From: Mobula hypostoma
Lineage: Eukaryota
Direction of reading: 5' to 3'
Length of the DNA: 64,000 bases
Assembly: GCF_963921235.1 (NCBI RefSeq)
Contig: NC_086097.1
Coordinates: 185,940,001-186,004,000 of the forward strand
In this document: one piece after another, positions 26,441 to 38,925 of the stretch
Layout: every line of letters starts with the position of its first letter
Position numbering within the stretch: position 1 is the first letter of the stretch
Position numbers and translations under genes: made by a program
Notes under the pieces: model-generated
What the model saw: only the letters and a program-made list of their open reading frames with translations
Told to the model about the DNA's origin: nothing
The model's database searches: none

Positions 26441-29364
26441 ATTGAGTGGCCTATGAGACACTGGCATGGGAAGAGAAAATGGTGAAAAGACTGAATACCA
26501 TGTCACTTGTGATGTTGGGGCTTCCAAAAACAAAAGGCTGTGGGGTATTCTTCAAATATTGCTTGATGTCCTTTCTAGAATTCTGTATTTAATCTCTCAA
26601 TCTTTTATACACACAAATGGTTGCTGCTCAATGTGTCTTGTCCAGGAACTGCTCCAGTCTGACAAAGCATGGAACATAGAACCGGTTTTCACAGGTTATG
26701 TGACTGAGTAGGACGCGAATGAGCCCTGGTAAGAAGTACCAACAGTGAGCATCAGGAGGGAAACTCTTCTCTGATCAGACACTTGATGGTTCTAATTGTT
26801 AAGAGGCCATTTATCCCAGCTCACAGATATCACTGTGGGAGTGCCTCAGGATAATACTTAGGCCAATCACTTTCAGCTGCTTCATCAATAACGATCCATC
26901 CATGATTGTCAGAAGTAGAAATGTTCACTCGTGTGTGCAGTGTTCAATTCTATATGTAGCACCTCAGATAATTAATCAGTCAAAGTCTGCATGCAATACC
27001 ATCTTCAAGCTTGTGTTGATAAGCATGAATTAAACCTCCACTGCCTCGCAGCCATACCCACCCAAGGGAAAGACTTTGGGAGTAAACCCCAAGGAAGAAA
27101 TCCGGAACCGAGGTCCCTAAGGCAGTTTGACGTTGTTTACAATTTCACTCAAGCATCCTCTGTGATGACACTGGTGCCAAGCTATGGCTGTACTTGCCCT
27201 TCCTTTGAACTACACAGTGATGTGGAGAGTGGGAGTCCATGATCCCTTGGGTTTAATGGCTGCCTACTACTATTATTTGAGCTACAGATGAAGCAGGAAG
27301 TGATCGTCTCCAAAAATGTAATCTACACACTCGCTCCTTAAACTCAATGGCATTATCAAACATTCAGCACTGCTCCAGAAACTTAACCTCATCAGGCACA
27401 GAAGTATAGTCGTTACAAAAGCAGGCTGCGTATTTTATAACAAATGTCTCATATTATGACCCCTCACACCTCAGTTACCTATAAGCCACAAATTGAGAAC
27501 AAGAGAGAATACCCTCCAAACTGCTGTGACAACCCTGAAGAAGATTGATATTTCTAATGACAAAGCAGACACTATGACTGGTTCTTTGTTCACTAGCTTA
27601 AACATTTACTCTTTCCAGCATAAGAACAGTGTGGTAATAATCAGCATTGCCTACAAGTTCAATGAAAACACTCTATCATGGCTTTTTCGCTGGCATTTCA
27701 AATGGCAACTTCCAATTCCTGCTGCATTATCCTGCTAAGTATCCTCTTGACCGAAAAGCGTAATGGTCTAAAATGTGGTTATGCTTTGTTAGTAGTTCTG
27801 TGGTGAACTGAGGTCTTCTTGGTAGGTCAGCTGCCCTCTGTCTTGTACACCTGCACATTGCAATGAAGATGTCAAAAACGAGGCACAGGTCATAAACGTT
27901 TATGTCACCATTGGTCTCGAGTCTGAGAGTACAAACATCTTGAGCTGAGGTGCTATATACACTTCATATATACTTATTATACTTTATACTTTATTGTCGC
28001 CAAACAATTGATACTAGAATGTACAATCATCATAACGATATTTGATTCTGTGCTTCCTGCTCCCTGGATTACAAATCAATAGTAAATATTAAAAATTTAA
28101 ATTATAAATCATAAATAGAAAATATAAAAATGGAAAGTAAGGTAGTGCAAAAAAACTGAGATGCAGGTCCGGATATTTGGAGGGTATGGCCCAGATCCGG
28201 GTATGACAGCTTGAGTGGTGTATGTAGCAAGGTCCCATTTATTTGAATTGCATCATTGACCCTGATATAAAAGGTCAGTGACTGTGATTAAATTAAAATA
28301 AAAAGCAAAATTGAAACAGCCGAGAGTTTTGTTTTTCATCCTTATTTGGATTCAATTTAATGTTTTTAATTAATTTCTGACAAATGAACGTGTTTTAAAG
28401 CGTATTAATTATTTTATTACTACTTCAATATAACCCGTTTTACAATATTGAATTCCATGAAATGAATTTAATTATCTGAGTTCAAAGGCTGTGTTAGCAT
28501 GATTTGTTAAAAGGACATCAGGATGGCCCAGGGTCAGGGCATCAGAATCTGGACTTGAGGCACGGTCATGAGTTATGGGCTGATACCCTGGTGGGGTGGT
28601 CATGGCAGTGAGACCTACAGTACAATCAAAGCCAAAATCTATAACACGTGAGTGTAACTGCAGGAATTGCAATAGTGACAAGCCAGGGTGGCTGGCTGGA
28701 TCCAGCGTTGTTTTCTCATTCTGACCTTTGGTTTAACTCTATCATTACAGTTAGTAAGGTGGATTCACTGAAAGATTGGGAGGTCATTGCATTTCCACAA
28801 TTAAATGCAGCAAGACATTGTAGTGAGATGGCAACTGAAAGAAAAACAATTATACTCTATAGACAAATGGATGCTACATATATTCATTGATACTTCCTTC
28901 TGACCACTGATCTTTCAGTGATTCACATTCAACTACTTGAAAAATATTTTTTACTGTGCACAATTTGCTGATGCATCTTAGAACCACCAGAGATTAATAA
29001 AGTGATTCATACTGCTTTATTGATCTTTATGAGAGATACTCACCCCATATTCATTATATTCCATCTTTAATTAGGTTTCCTGAAATGCTGACACATTTAA
29101 AATTGTGTGAATACTTCCTCATTTTTCTATTCACACTGCCATTAAAGCTTATACAGTAATGCAACATGGGACAGTTTTGTTTGACAAGAAAATCAGAGTT
29201 CGATAAGCTATTATTCAATTTGGTATCTGTGACAATAACTCAAAGGAATATTGATCATTATGAATTGAACATTGTGTTTTTTTCTAATCAGTGCACACTC
29301 TGCGATAAACTATAAATGAGTGGTTATATGAATGTAGTAATCTAGGATATTTTGAACTCTACTT

Positions 29365-30540
29365 TAGGCACCACTTCGGTCTCCTTCATCTCCACCTCAT
29401 CTGTTCTCAGGATGAGGCTTCACTTTCCAGAGTCTGAGATGACCTCCTTCTTCATAGAATGGGATATCTCTTCCTCCACCATTGCTGCCCTCACCCCTGT
29501 TAATCACCACCTTACAAGAGAGAGTTCCTCTTGTCATCACTTCCCACCCCGCGAGCCTCCACATCCAGCACATCATTCTCTGCCACTTCCTCATCTTCCA
29601 GGGAAACCTACCAGTAAGCACATCTTTACCTCTTCCCCTCTCCCCCCAATTCTCTGGCTTTCTCAGGAATTGTTCTCTCTGTGATTCCTTTGTCTATTCT
29701 TCCCTACTCACTGATCTTCTTCCTTGCACTTATCCCTGCAAGCAGAACAAGTGCAGCACCTGTTCATTCACCTCCTCCCTCATCACCATTTAAAGCCCCA
29801 AACAACCCTTCCAGGTGAGGCAGCACTTCACCAGCAAGACTGTCGGAGTCCACTGTGTTCCCCGTGCGGCCTCCTCTACATCGGTAAGACCCAACGTAGA
29901 TTGGGGGAGCTGCTTTGTCAAGCGCTTTCAGTCTGTTCGCAACAGTGAAGATTTCCTGGAGACCAACCATCTTAATTCCATTCTTGATTCCCATTCCAAC
30001 ATGTTGGTCCATGGCTTTCTCTACTGCCACATTGAAGCCACTCTCAGGTTGGAGGAGGAACTCCTCAGTAGCTTCCAACCTGGTGACATGAACATTGATT
30101 TCTCCAGCTTCTGGTAATGTCTCCCACTTCTGCCTTCTCTCCTTTTCCAGTCCCCATTCTGGCTCCCCTCTTATCCCTTCTCTTCTCCTTACCTGCCTAT
30201 CACTTCCCCCAATGCCCCTCCTCCTTCTCTTTCTCCATGGTCCACTCTTCTCTCCTATTAGATTCCTTCTTCCTTAGCCTTTATCTTTCCCATCTATTAC
30301 CTCCTAGCTTCTCACTTCATTTCCCTTCCTCCCTCCCTCACCCACCTACTTGGCTTCACTCTTCATCTTCCAGTTTGTACTCCTTCCCTTTCCCCCTCTT
30401 TCCTTTCCAGTCCTGATGAATGGTCTAGGCCTGGACCTTCATCTCTTTATTCCTCTCCATTGATGCTGCCTGCCCTGCTGAGTTCCTGCAGCATTTTGTA
30501 TGTTACTCTGGATTTCCAGCACCTGCAAAATTTCTTCTGT
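29365..30540 (+). mobile_element. Old Penelope-like element fragment
   Basis: RVPLVITSHP, CSPCGLLYIGKTQRRLGE, a pyrimidine-rich 3' region and a pLTR tail. Confidence 0.8.
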
Positions 30541-31589
30541 TTAGGTACCACTATTCTGCTCAGAATAGGTAGCATCTGTTTGTTACAGCATTCTGCCTCT
30601 TTTGTGTGCACCAAGCAGTCAGTGTGCAGAATGATTTAGTCCTTGTGTTAAGGTTCCAAAATTGAGATATGTGCTTATCAGAATTATTATCAGCCTATCC
30701 TGTAGCAGCCAACCCTGCAAAATCATTCTGATTAATTCCACCTACGTATTCTGACAGAGTTCCAACTAGGACTGAACATCTATCATTTTTTTTGGGTGAC
30801 TGATGAAAAGATATCCATTATATGGGGCCATTTTAACAGTGGTTTTGATTTTCTCTGAATCATGAACTTCAGATACAGGAGATACACAGAATAATGACCA
30901 CTCTGGAGCAGTCCTTTCACAAAGTGGGGCAAATGTGGATGTGCTTTATACTTTTACCATTAGGAAATAAATTAAAATGTGTGGAAGGAGAAGGCAGAGG
31001 GGGAACATCGTCAAATATTCAGAGGACCTGGGTGTAAATTTTGCCAGGTTCAGATTTATGAAAGATGGATATAGAGAATAGTGTACACAATTGGGAGCCT
31101 CTTCTCATCTGTTACATACTGACAAAATTCAAAGAAATCTCACAATCTTAAGCATTTCTTTCCTAGCTTCACAAGTACAATCTCATTGCAGCAAATTGCA
31201 TAGTGTACAATGTGACCTGGTTGCAGCTCCTGTGCCGAATAACATGGCCACTGAGTGTATGTTTGTGGTCTTCAGCTACTGTACTTCATCCACTTCAAGG
31301 ACTTACGTGTTGTACATTCAGAGATGCTCTTCTGCACACCTCTCTTGTAACGCACTGTTAGTTGAGTTATTGTCGCTTCTCTGTCAGCTTGAACCAGACT
31401 GGGCATTCTCCTCTGACCTCTGTCACTAACAATGTGTTTTTGCCCACAGAACTTGCCACTCACTAGATTTTTTTTTGTTTCTTGCACCATTCTCAGTAGA
31501 GACTTTTGTGCGTGAAACAACAGAGTCCAACACAAAAATACTATGAAGTAACTCTTAAAGAGAGAGCTCCCAGGTCATTGCACAATAAT

Positions 31590-33582
31590 GATATTTGTCA
31601 ATGTCTCCTGCACCACCAACAACCTCATCAACTCTGGAGATCTCCCATCACTGCCACTAACCTCATAGTGCCCTTACCTTGCACTGTTCATTTCTATCTC
31701 CTATCTAAGATCCACAAACCTGACCATCTGGGTAGGCCCATTGTTTTTGCCTGTTTCTACCTCACTGGACCCATGGCCACATATCTCGACTCCATTTTAT
31801 CCCCCTTGGTTCAGTCCCTTCCCAACTACATCTGCAACAATTTACATGCTCTCATCTCTTCAACAATTTTCAGTTCCATGGCCCTGGTTGCTTCATGCTC
31901 ACCATGGATGTCCAGTCCCTATGCACTTTTATCCCCCACCAAGAAGGCCTTAAAATTTTCTGCTTCTTTCTCAGCAACAGACCCGACCAGATCCCTTCCA
32001 CCAGCACCCTCTTCCATTTAGCAGAACTGGTCCTCACGCCTAACAATTTCTCTTTTGGCTCCTCCCACTTTCTCCAAACTCAAGGTATAGTCATAGGCAT
32101 CCACATGGGCCCCAGATATGCCTGCCTTTTTTTTGGCTACATGGAACAGTCCATGTTCCAAGACTTACCTGGTAGTGCTCCACAACTTTTTCTGTGCAAC
32201 ATAGATGACTGCATTAGTGCTGCTTCATGCACCCATGCTGAACTCATCAATTTCACCAACTTTGCTTCCAACATCCACCCTGCCCTTAATTTCACTTGGT
32301 CCATTTCTGGCAACTCTCTCTCCTTTCTCAATCTCTCTGTCTCCATCTCTGAAGAATAACTGTCTATTGAGATCTTTTATAAACCTACTGATTCCCACAG
32401 ATATCTTGATTATACTTCTTCCCATCCTGTCTCTTGTAAAAATGCCCCTCTCTTTTTTTCAGTTCCTTCATATCTGCCACATCTATTCCCAGCTTGAAGC
32501 TTTCCTTTCCAGGACATCAGAATGTCCTCTTTCTTCAAAGAACAGAGTTTCCCTTCCTCCTCCACCATTGATGCTTCCCTCATCCACGTCTTCTCCATTT
32601 CCTGGACATCCGCGCTCACCGCACCTTTTCTGCACCTTAACAGTAATAGAGTTCCTTTCATCCTCAACCACCGGCCAATGATCCTCTATGTTCAACATAT
32701 CATCTCCGTAACTTCTGCCATCTTTAATGGGACCCTACCACTAGACAGATTTTCCACCCCACTCACTGCTTTCTGCAAGGATCACTTCTTCTGTGATTCC
32801 CTTGTTCAATCGTCCCTCCCCACTTATCTCTGGTTGAAGCGCAACACACGCCTATTCACCTCCTCCATCACCCTCATTTAGGGTCCCAAACAGTCCTTCT
32901 GGGTAAGGCAACACTTCACCTGTGAATCTGTTGGAGTGGTCTACTGTACTCAGTGCTCCTGTTGCGGCCTCCTCTACATTGTTGTGGCTTGACGTAGATT
33001 GAGATCAGCTCTGTCGAGCACCTCCACATAAAGCGGAACTTCCTAGTGGCCAACTACTTCAATTCCTCTCCCCATTACTGTTGCAAAATGTTGGTCAATG
33101 GCCTCCTCTTCTGCCAAGATGAGGTCACTGTCAGGTTGTAGGACCAGCACCCCGTTATCCATCTAGGTAGCCTCTACCTCCATGGCACAAACATTGATTT
33201 TCCAACTTCTGATAATTTTCTTCCCCTCACCTTCCCTATTCTTTAATTCCCCACCCTGGCCTCTTCCCTCTTCTACTCCCCTGCCTATCACCTCCACCTA
33301 CTTCCCTTTCTCCCATGGTCTACTCTCCTCAGCTATCAGATTCCTTCTTCTCCAACTCTTTGCTTTTTCTACCTCTCATCTCCCAGCTTCCTACTTCATT
33401 CCTCCATCCCCACCCATCTAGTTTCACCTATGACCTTTTAGCATCCTCCTACCTTCTTATTCCGGCATCTTCCCCCTTCTTTTCCAGTCCCGATAAAGGG
33501 TCTTGACCTGAAATGTCAACTGTTTATTCATTTCCATAGATGCTACCTGACCTGCTGAGTTCCTCCAGCATTTTGTGTATAT
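31590..33582 (+). mobile_element. Old Penelope-like element (RT + GIY-YIG remnants)
   Basis: FYLLSKIHKPDHLGRPIV, TMDVQSLCTFIPH, QTQGIVIGIHMGPRYACLF, NIDDC and a pLTR tail. Confidence 0.87.
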
Positions 33583-33719
33583 TGCACAATAACCACCTGT
33601 TCTGCAGGCATGCAACAGAATCTAAGGTGCCTAAGACATCTCAGGACTGAGTCTGACTTTCTTTGTATGAGATAATTTAAATTAGTAGTCACATGGTAAA
33701 ATGTTTCTAGGAAAGTGTA

Positions 33720-33818
33720 AGTCCTGACGAAGGGTCTCGGCCTGAAACGTCGACTGCACCTTTTCCTAGAGATGCTGCCTGGCCTGCTGCGTTCACCAGC
33801 AACTTTTATATGTGTTGT
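33720..33818 (+). ncRNA. Solo Penelope pLTR fragment with an intact minimal hammerhead-ribozyme core
   Basis: AGTC-CTGACGA-AGGGTCTCGGCCT-GAAA-CGTC-GACT. It has CUGANGA and GAAA boxes, a short stem II, AGTC/GACT stem I and a GUC cleavage triplet at 33749-33751. Confidence 0.7.
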
Positions 33819-34813
33819 TATCAGAATCTGATGGAGTTTTACTCTGACTTCAAGAAAAATATATTAAGTTTGAAACTAAATTTAATTATGAGGGACTAGT
33901 TGATTAAGGTAGATTGTTAAATTAAATTACTTCTTCTTAGGCAGTCTTTTTGAGTTCAGGATGACTTGCTTCCATTAAAATTCTGTGGGTCTTGAGCTGG
34001 CTGATGTGGGATTTGAGGGCTCTGCCACATTGCAGGTTGTTTAGGCAGGTGGATGGTTGACTGGATTGTTATTCACTTTTCCACAGCTTGTGCTCAACTT
34101 CCACGTGTTCCCATCAGATTTCTGGTACCTTTCCAAACACTTTCATGTCAGTTTTTTCTAGTCTTGGATCAGAGACCTCCACATCAGATTGTATGTTACC
34201 AAGGGGTCTTGAGGTACTTTTTCAGTCATCTAGAAATTTTGTTTCATGTATTCGAAAGTTGGAGCTCAAAATAATAACAAATTGTTTCAGACAACTATTA
34301 GATTAAGCCACAAACAAGAGAAAATCTGCAGATGCTGGAAATCCAAGTAACACACACACAAAATGCTGGAGGAATTCAGCAAGCCAGGCAGCATCTATGG
34401 AAAAAAGTACAGTCGATGTTCTGGTGGGCCAAAGGATCCATAGATGCTGTCTGACCCGCTGAGTCCCTCCAGAATTCTGTGTTTGTTTATGAGGTTAACT
34501 GGTATAATTGTAAGTATGTTACAGCATTTCAGAGAAAAAAAATTAAATAGTTGTGAATAAATGACTGGGAAATTAAAATTCTATAGCAAAAATAATAAAA
34601 CTGTGGCTAACTAAATACGGTATGGAGGATTTTAGAAAAAAAAGTTTACTTTAATGTCTTCAAACCCAAGAATTGGGAAAGTATCAGGAACAAGGAGAGG
34701 ATGAATTAAAGTTAGAGAAGGTATAACTAATGTAAACTAACAAGAACTATAACTAAAGTAACTCTCCAATCCCTAATGAGTAGCGACTGCAGAAAATTGT
34801 GTTGTAATTTCTG

Positions 34814-35508
34814 TGTAAGGGGGTTTCGACTTTTATGTTACTGCGGAGGCTAATTAAAATGGCGTCTTTGTTATGTTAATCTGGGGAATGCGGCTTTGTT
34901 GTGTTAAACGCTGAGAAAGTTTGAGCTAGCAGTTTGTTTTTGCTTTAGAGTGTGATAAGAGAGTGCTATTAACCAATTGGGATAGTTGTTATGGTTTTGG
35001 TGTATTTGAAGATACTGTATGCGCGGAGTTTTGGGGGAGGAGGGAGAGCGAGATAGAGGATGGACCAGGTGCTGTGAGTCCGCTAACGGGGTCGGACCCC
35101 GAGCAAGGTTCGGCAAGGAGAGGAGACGGAGATGGATTCGTGTGGAGCGTCTGGTCGACCACCGTTGTTGGTCCCAGGCGGCCGGTCGAGGTGGTCCGAG
35201 GGGTCGCAGGGTGAAGAAGAAGGTCCTTGAGCTCCAACTGTTGTTGTGCACGAAGAGATTGAACTTTGATAAGTGTGGCGCCTTTTATTTTCCTTTTATA
35301 TTTTATTCTCTTTTAATTATATAGTTCCAGTAATATCTATAAACTGTATATCATTTAATTGCATCTGGTATATTGTCTGTTATTTGGGCGGGGTGGGGTA
35401 CCTAACACAGCATCCACACAAATGAATTACCCAGTTTGCCAGGGCCAAGGCTGTTTCCCTCGACGACAGCGAGCCGAGCGACCCTGAGGGTGGCCGGGGG
35501 GGGCTACA
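34814..35508 (+). repeat. 5' LTR (695 bp)
   Basis: TG...CA termini. Highly similar to 38226-38925; several of the differences are CpG transitions. Confidence 0.95.
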
Positions 35509-35511
35509 TTG

Positions 35512-35530
35512 TGGGGGCTTTGTCCGAGAT
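35512..35530 (+). other. Primer-binding site, tRNA-Pro-like
   Basis: TGGGGGCTTTGTCCGAGAT just after the 5' LTR, versus the tRNA-Pro complement TGGGGGCTCGTCCGGGAT. Confidence 0.8.
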
Positions 35531-35699
35531 TGAGTCTGCTGGTATGCTGTGTGGGTGCCCTGTTTAAATCTGTAATGTGTGTCTCTGTGGGTTATTTGCT
35601 GGTTATCGCTGTATACATTGTGGGTGCGGTCTTTGTTCGAGTTCCGGCTAGCATTGACGAGTTGGAGGTGGCACTTGGGGCTGCCCATGCGGTTGGGAG

Positions 35700-36216
35700 A
35701 GAGGGGAAAGAGTGGTCTGATTTGGAGGTAGTGTCTGCGAATAAATGTTCTAGCTCTGGCAGGCTCCGCCTGGCACTTGGGATAGTGTCCACCCCAAGAG
35801 GGGCGGAGACGTGCGAGACATGGGCGGAGCGGATCTCTCAGTTGTTAGATGAGTGGCAGTGCTCGGTTGAGGGACAGCGACAGGGATTGGTTGAAAGTTT
35901 GAGTAGGCGAGCTGGTGACAGTGTTAGAGCTGTCAGGTTCACTTACACTGTAGTGACAGCGGTCAGTTATTTGAAAAAGGGGGGAAAATTCTCAGTGTGT
36001 CTTCTCTGGCTAGGAGGGCAGCTAAGTTGCTTGCAGTGCCAGGGGGATCATTTCAGGGGATCAGCCCCTCCTTCAGTTGTTCAGCTGATCAGAGAGGGAT
36101 CGAGAAACTTAGTGGAGACCCAGTGGGGGAAAGGCTTGGGGTCTCTTGAAAAGCACGTTCCCAGCAATGTACCACTAAACTTCCGCAAGGAAAAGACCTT
36201 ATTCCTGAAGGCTTAG
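35700..36216 (+). pseudogene. Degenerate PNMA-type Gypsy Gag
   Basis: [56 protein letters not shown] and [11 protein letters not shown] resemble the PNMA/Gypsy capsid (LRxFSG..PxxGEExFExW...EWQ..E.EKRRRLxESL.G.A). It is heavily deleted. Confidence 0.75.
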
Positions 36217-36974
36217 AGGGACCACGCCCTAGGGTGTGGTTACGGATAGAGGGAAGCGATGCTAAAGCCATCCTTGACCCCGAGGCGCAGGTCAAATTGT
36301 TGTTGTACGGTTTGTTTTACAACCGGTGTCTGAAGCGTTTACCCTTGACAACCGCAAGGGCACCGGAAACTTTGGGTACTAGTGGCAGTAGTTATCTGGA
36401 AGACGATGATTGGTTAATGATCCTGGAGTTCATGGAGGCATTTTCTGGGCACCCAGCGTGTCGCGTTGCTTCTGAGGACGTGTGTAGCAGCCTTGAGCCA
36501 GTACCGAATTTAAACGAGACCCAGCGGTGGTACGGCCTGAGGAAAGTAGCTGAGGGTGAGACCCTCTTAGTAGATGCTCTGAACTACCACGAGGGAGGGG
36601 AGTTGACCGCTGAAGACACCTCAGTGAGAGAGAGGTCGCGGCAACTGGACCCTAGCAGCGTGGAAGATGAAGGCAGCGTGTGTGTGGATTATGTGATGTG
36701 GTTTAATGTGCTTCATCTGAGGGGTGGATGTTGCCAGATCCTGAGGGGTGCGGCTGTTGAGCTGAAGATGGCCATTACTAGTTCCCTAGGATTCTTCCGA
36801 TCTGAAAAGATGCCCAAGGGCATATCCGGAGCCCCTGCATCCTTCCCACAGGGCATGAGGAAGACCATGGGGGAAGTGAAGATGTGTGGAGTTTTGGCGT
36901 ATGTGGATGACTGCCTAGAGCTTGGATTCGCCTGGGGGGACTATGAGGCGAGGCGAGTGGCTGAGCCCGGGTGA
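36217..36974 (+). pseudogene. Degenerate Gypsy protease and reverse transcriptase
   Basis: AILDPEAQV is a decayed LDTGxQV protease motif. RT remnants: CVDY, WFNVLHLRGGCCQI (cf. WFSxLDLRSGYYQI), MPKGISGAPASF (cf. MPQGxxGAPATF) and LAYVDD at 36900-36911. Several internal deletions. Confidence 0.88.
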
Positions 36975-37019
36975 CCGAAGCGAAGTGTCAAATGTGGAGG
37001 AGTTTTTGGCCGGAGGAGT

Positions 37020-37724
37020 TTGGTGCAATGTGAGAAAAATGACCCGACATACCAGTTGAACTTCCTGGTGTTGGGACAGACGGTGGTGGACCTGGGGATG
37101 GAAACCCAGGTCATCAATCTGAATGAGACACAGGGAAGAGAGGGGATTTCCGGGCCGACACTGCGGTCATGTACTGATGAATTAATCCAGCGAGAAGAAG
37201 CAATGACCCACCTTCGAAGGGATCAGCAGAAACTTAAGACGTCGATTCAGAACAGATCGGAAGACTTGCAAGTTGGGGAAGATCAAGGAAGTGTTCTGAC
37301 TAAGATCAACAGAAAACCGAGAGCCCAGGGAGGGGAGTTTGACTACACTCCCGAGGAGGTGAAGAAATGGAGGACAGATCTCGGAAAAGGGAGGCGGACG
37401 CTTGAAAGGAACCTGAAGATGACTATCACGAGTTTAAATGAAGTGGGAAAACTGAACGTTGACCTGGAGGACGTCCTCAGGAAGAAACAACCGGAGGCTG
37501 AACATTCCTTAACTGCTGCTTTTCAGGTCAGGGTGGGAGAAGCTGGTGGGGTAACTGCGTCCCAGATTGAGATGGCCAGGAACCCTGAGTCAGAACTGCT
37601 GAGGCTGTGGCGAGAGTTGAAGGAGTCCCCGAAGAAGCTGACGTCTCGACTGCAGGAGGCTGAAGGGGTAGCCCCGGCTAAATGCTTCAGTTTGCAGAAA
37701 CCTAAACAGCAGCTACCGATCGAG
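37020..37724 (+). pseudogene. Captured sarcomeric myosin heavy-chain rod fragments (MYH16-like) inside the LTR element
   Basis: The collinear blocks [84 protein letters not shown] and [24 protein letters not shown] match, in order, myosin-II rod motifs QEKNDL, DDLQAEEDKVNxLTK, LKMT/LKLT..., RLEEAGGATSxQIExNxKREAE and KKLAxRLQEAE...AKCSSLEKTKxRL. Confidence 0.85.
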
Positions 37725-38028
37725 GGAATGAGGAAGGATACGGATTCGAAGGATGATGTGCTGGACATGTGGTACATGCTGCCTTTTGCTAACTTCCCTG
37801 TGATTGAGGAAGAGACCTTTGGCTCTTCTCCCACTGAGTCAGGTGTAGTGGGGAGGGCTAGCTGTGGGCAGTCTGAGTTATGGCAGGATCAGGAAGGAGG
37901 AGAGGCGGGGCCCCGGACACGGGACTGGGGGCTCCGAGCTGTAGTGGTGGTCTGAGTGAGAGAGGAGTTGGCAAGCAGGCCCGAGGTATCCCTAGTAGTG
38001 CCTGAGCCTTTTGGGTTTAGGTGAGGGG

Positions 38029-38100
38029 GTACAGAGGTCTCAGAGGGTTAAGAAGCTCCCAGATAGGTTGGCCTATGTAGCGCCCGTGGGACAGGAGTAA
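38029..38100 (+). pseudogene. Gypsy Pol C-terminal remnant
   Basis: VQRSQRVKKLPDRLAYVAPVGQE* matches the common RRSxRxRxPPxRL motif at Gypsy integrase C-termini. Confidence 0.7.
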
Positions 38101-38212
38101 GGTCCAATGTTTGGGGAACACTGTCACTGTGTGTATCTGTGTATGTGTGTGTTGTGTGTCTGCAGGACTGGTTGGCGAGTTATTTAGAAGTCATGATGAC
38201 ATGACTTTATTT

Positions 38213-38225
38213 GGTGGGGGGAGAG
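38213..38225 (+). other. Polypurine tract
   Basis: GGTGGGGGGAGAG abuts the 3' LTR. Confidence 0.85.
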
Positions 38226-38925
38226 TGTAAGGGGGTTTTGACTTTTATGTTACTGCAGAGGCTAATTAAAATGGCATCTTTGTTATGTTAATCTGGGGAA
38301 TGGGGCTTTGTTGTCTTAAACGCTGAGAAAGTTTGCGCTAGCAGCTTGTTTTTGCTTTAGAGTGTGATAAGAGAGTGCTATTAACCAATTGGGATAGTTG
38401 TTATGGTTTTGGTGTATTTGAAGATACTGTATGCGTGGGGTTTTGGGGCAGAAGGCGGGAGAGCGAGACAGAGGATGGACCAGGTGCTGTGAGTCCGCTA
38501 ACGGGGTCGGACCCCGAGCGGGACGTTCGGCGAGGAGAGGAGATGGAGACGGACTCGTGTGGAGCGTCTGGTCGACCACCGTTGTTGGTCCCAGGCGGCC
38601 GGTTGAGGTGGTCCGAGGGGGTCGCAGGGTGAAGAAGAAGGTCCTTGAGCTCCAACGGTTGTTGTGCACGAAGAGATTGAACTTTGATAAGTGTGGCGCC
38701 TTTTATTTTCCTTTTATATTTTATTCTCTTTTAATTATATAGTTCCAGTAATATCTATAAACTGTATATCATTTAATTGCATCTGGTGTATTGTCTGTTA
38801 TTTGGGCGGGGTGGGGTACCTCACACAGCATCCACACAAACGAATTACCCAGTTTGCCGGGGCCGAGGCTGTTTCCCTAGACGACAGCGAGCCGAGCGAC
38901 CCTGAGGGTGGCCGGGGGGGCTACA
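38226..38925 (+). repeat. 3' LTR (700 bp)
   Basis: TG...CA termini, preceded by a polypurine tract and followed by the TSD TCTG. Confidence 0.95.

Larger units (their letters stand above)
34814..38925 (+). mobile_element. Non-autonomous Ty3/Gypsy LTR retrotransposon with intact ends, carrying a captured myosin-rod segment
   Basis: Direct LTRs TGTAAG...CTACA at 34814-35508 and 38226-38925. TSD TCTG at 34810-34813 and 38926-38929. PBS and PPT are present. Degenerate gag, protease, RT and integrase C-terminus occur in Gypsy order. Confidence 0.95.

Noticed and set aside
34904..35324. Overlapping ORFs repeated at 38316-38742
   Set aside because: These are incidental frames within the two LTR copies.
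35758..35937. Domesticated PNMA-family host gene
   Set aside because: The PNMA-like sequence is the Gag of an LTR-bounded element and is deleted and decayed.
37020..37724. A genuine host myosin gene or ordinary processed pseudogene nested in NECAB1
   Set aside because: There is no motor domain, splice structure, poly(A) tail or own TSD. The segment is enclosed by Gypsy pol remnants and LTRs, so it is element cargo.
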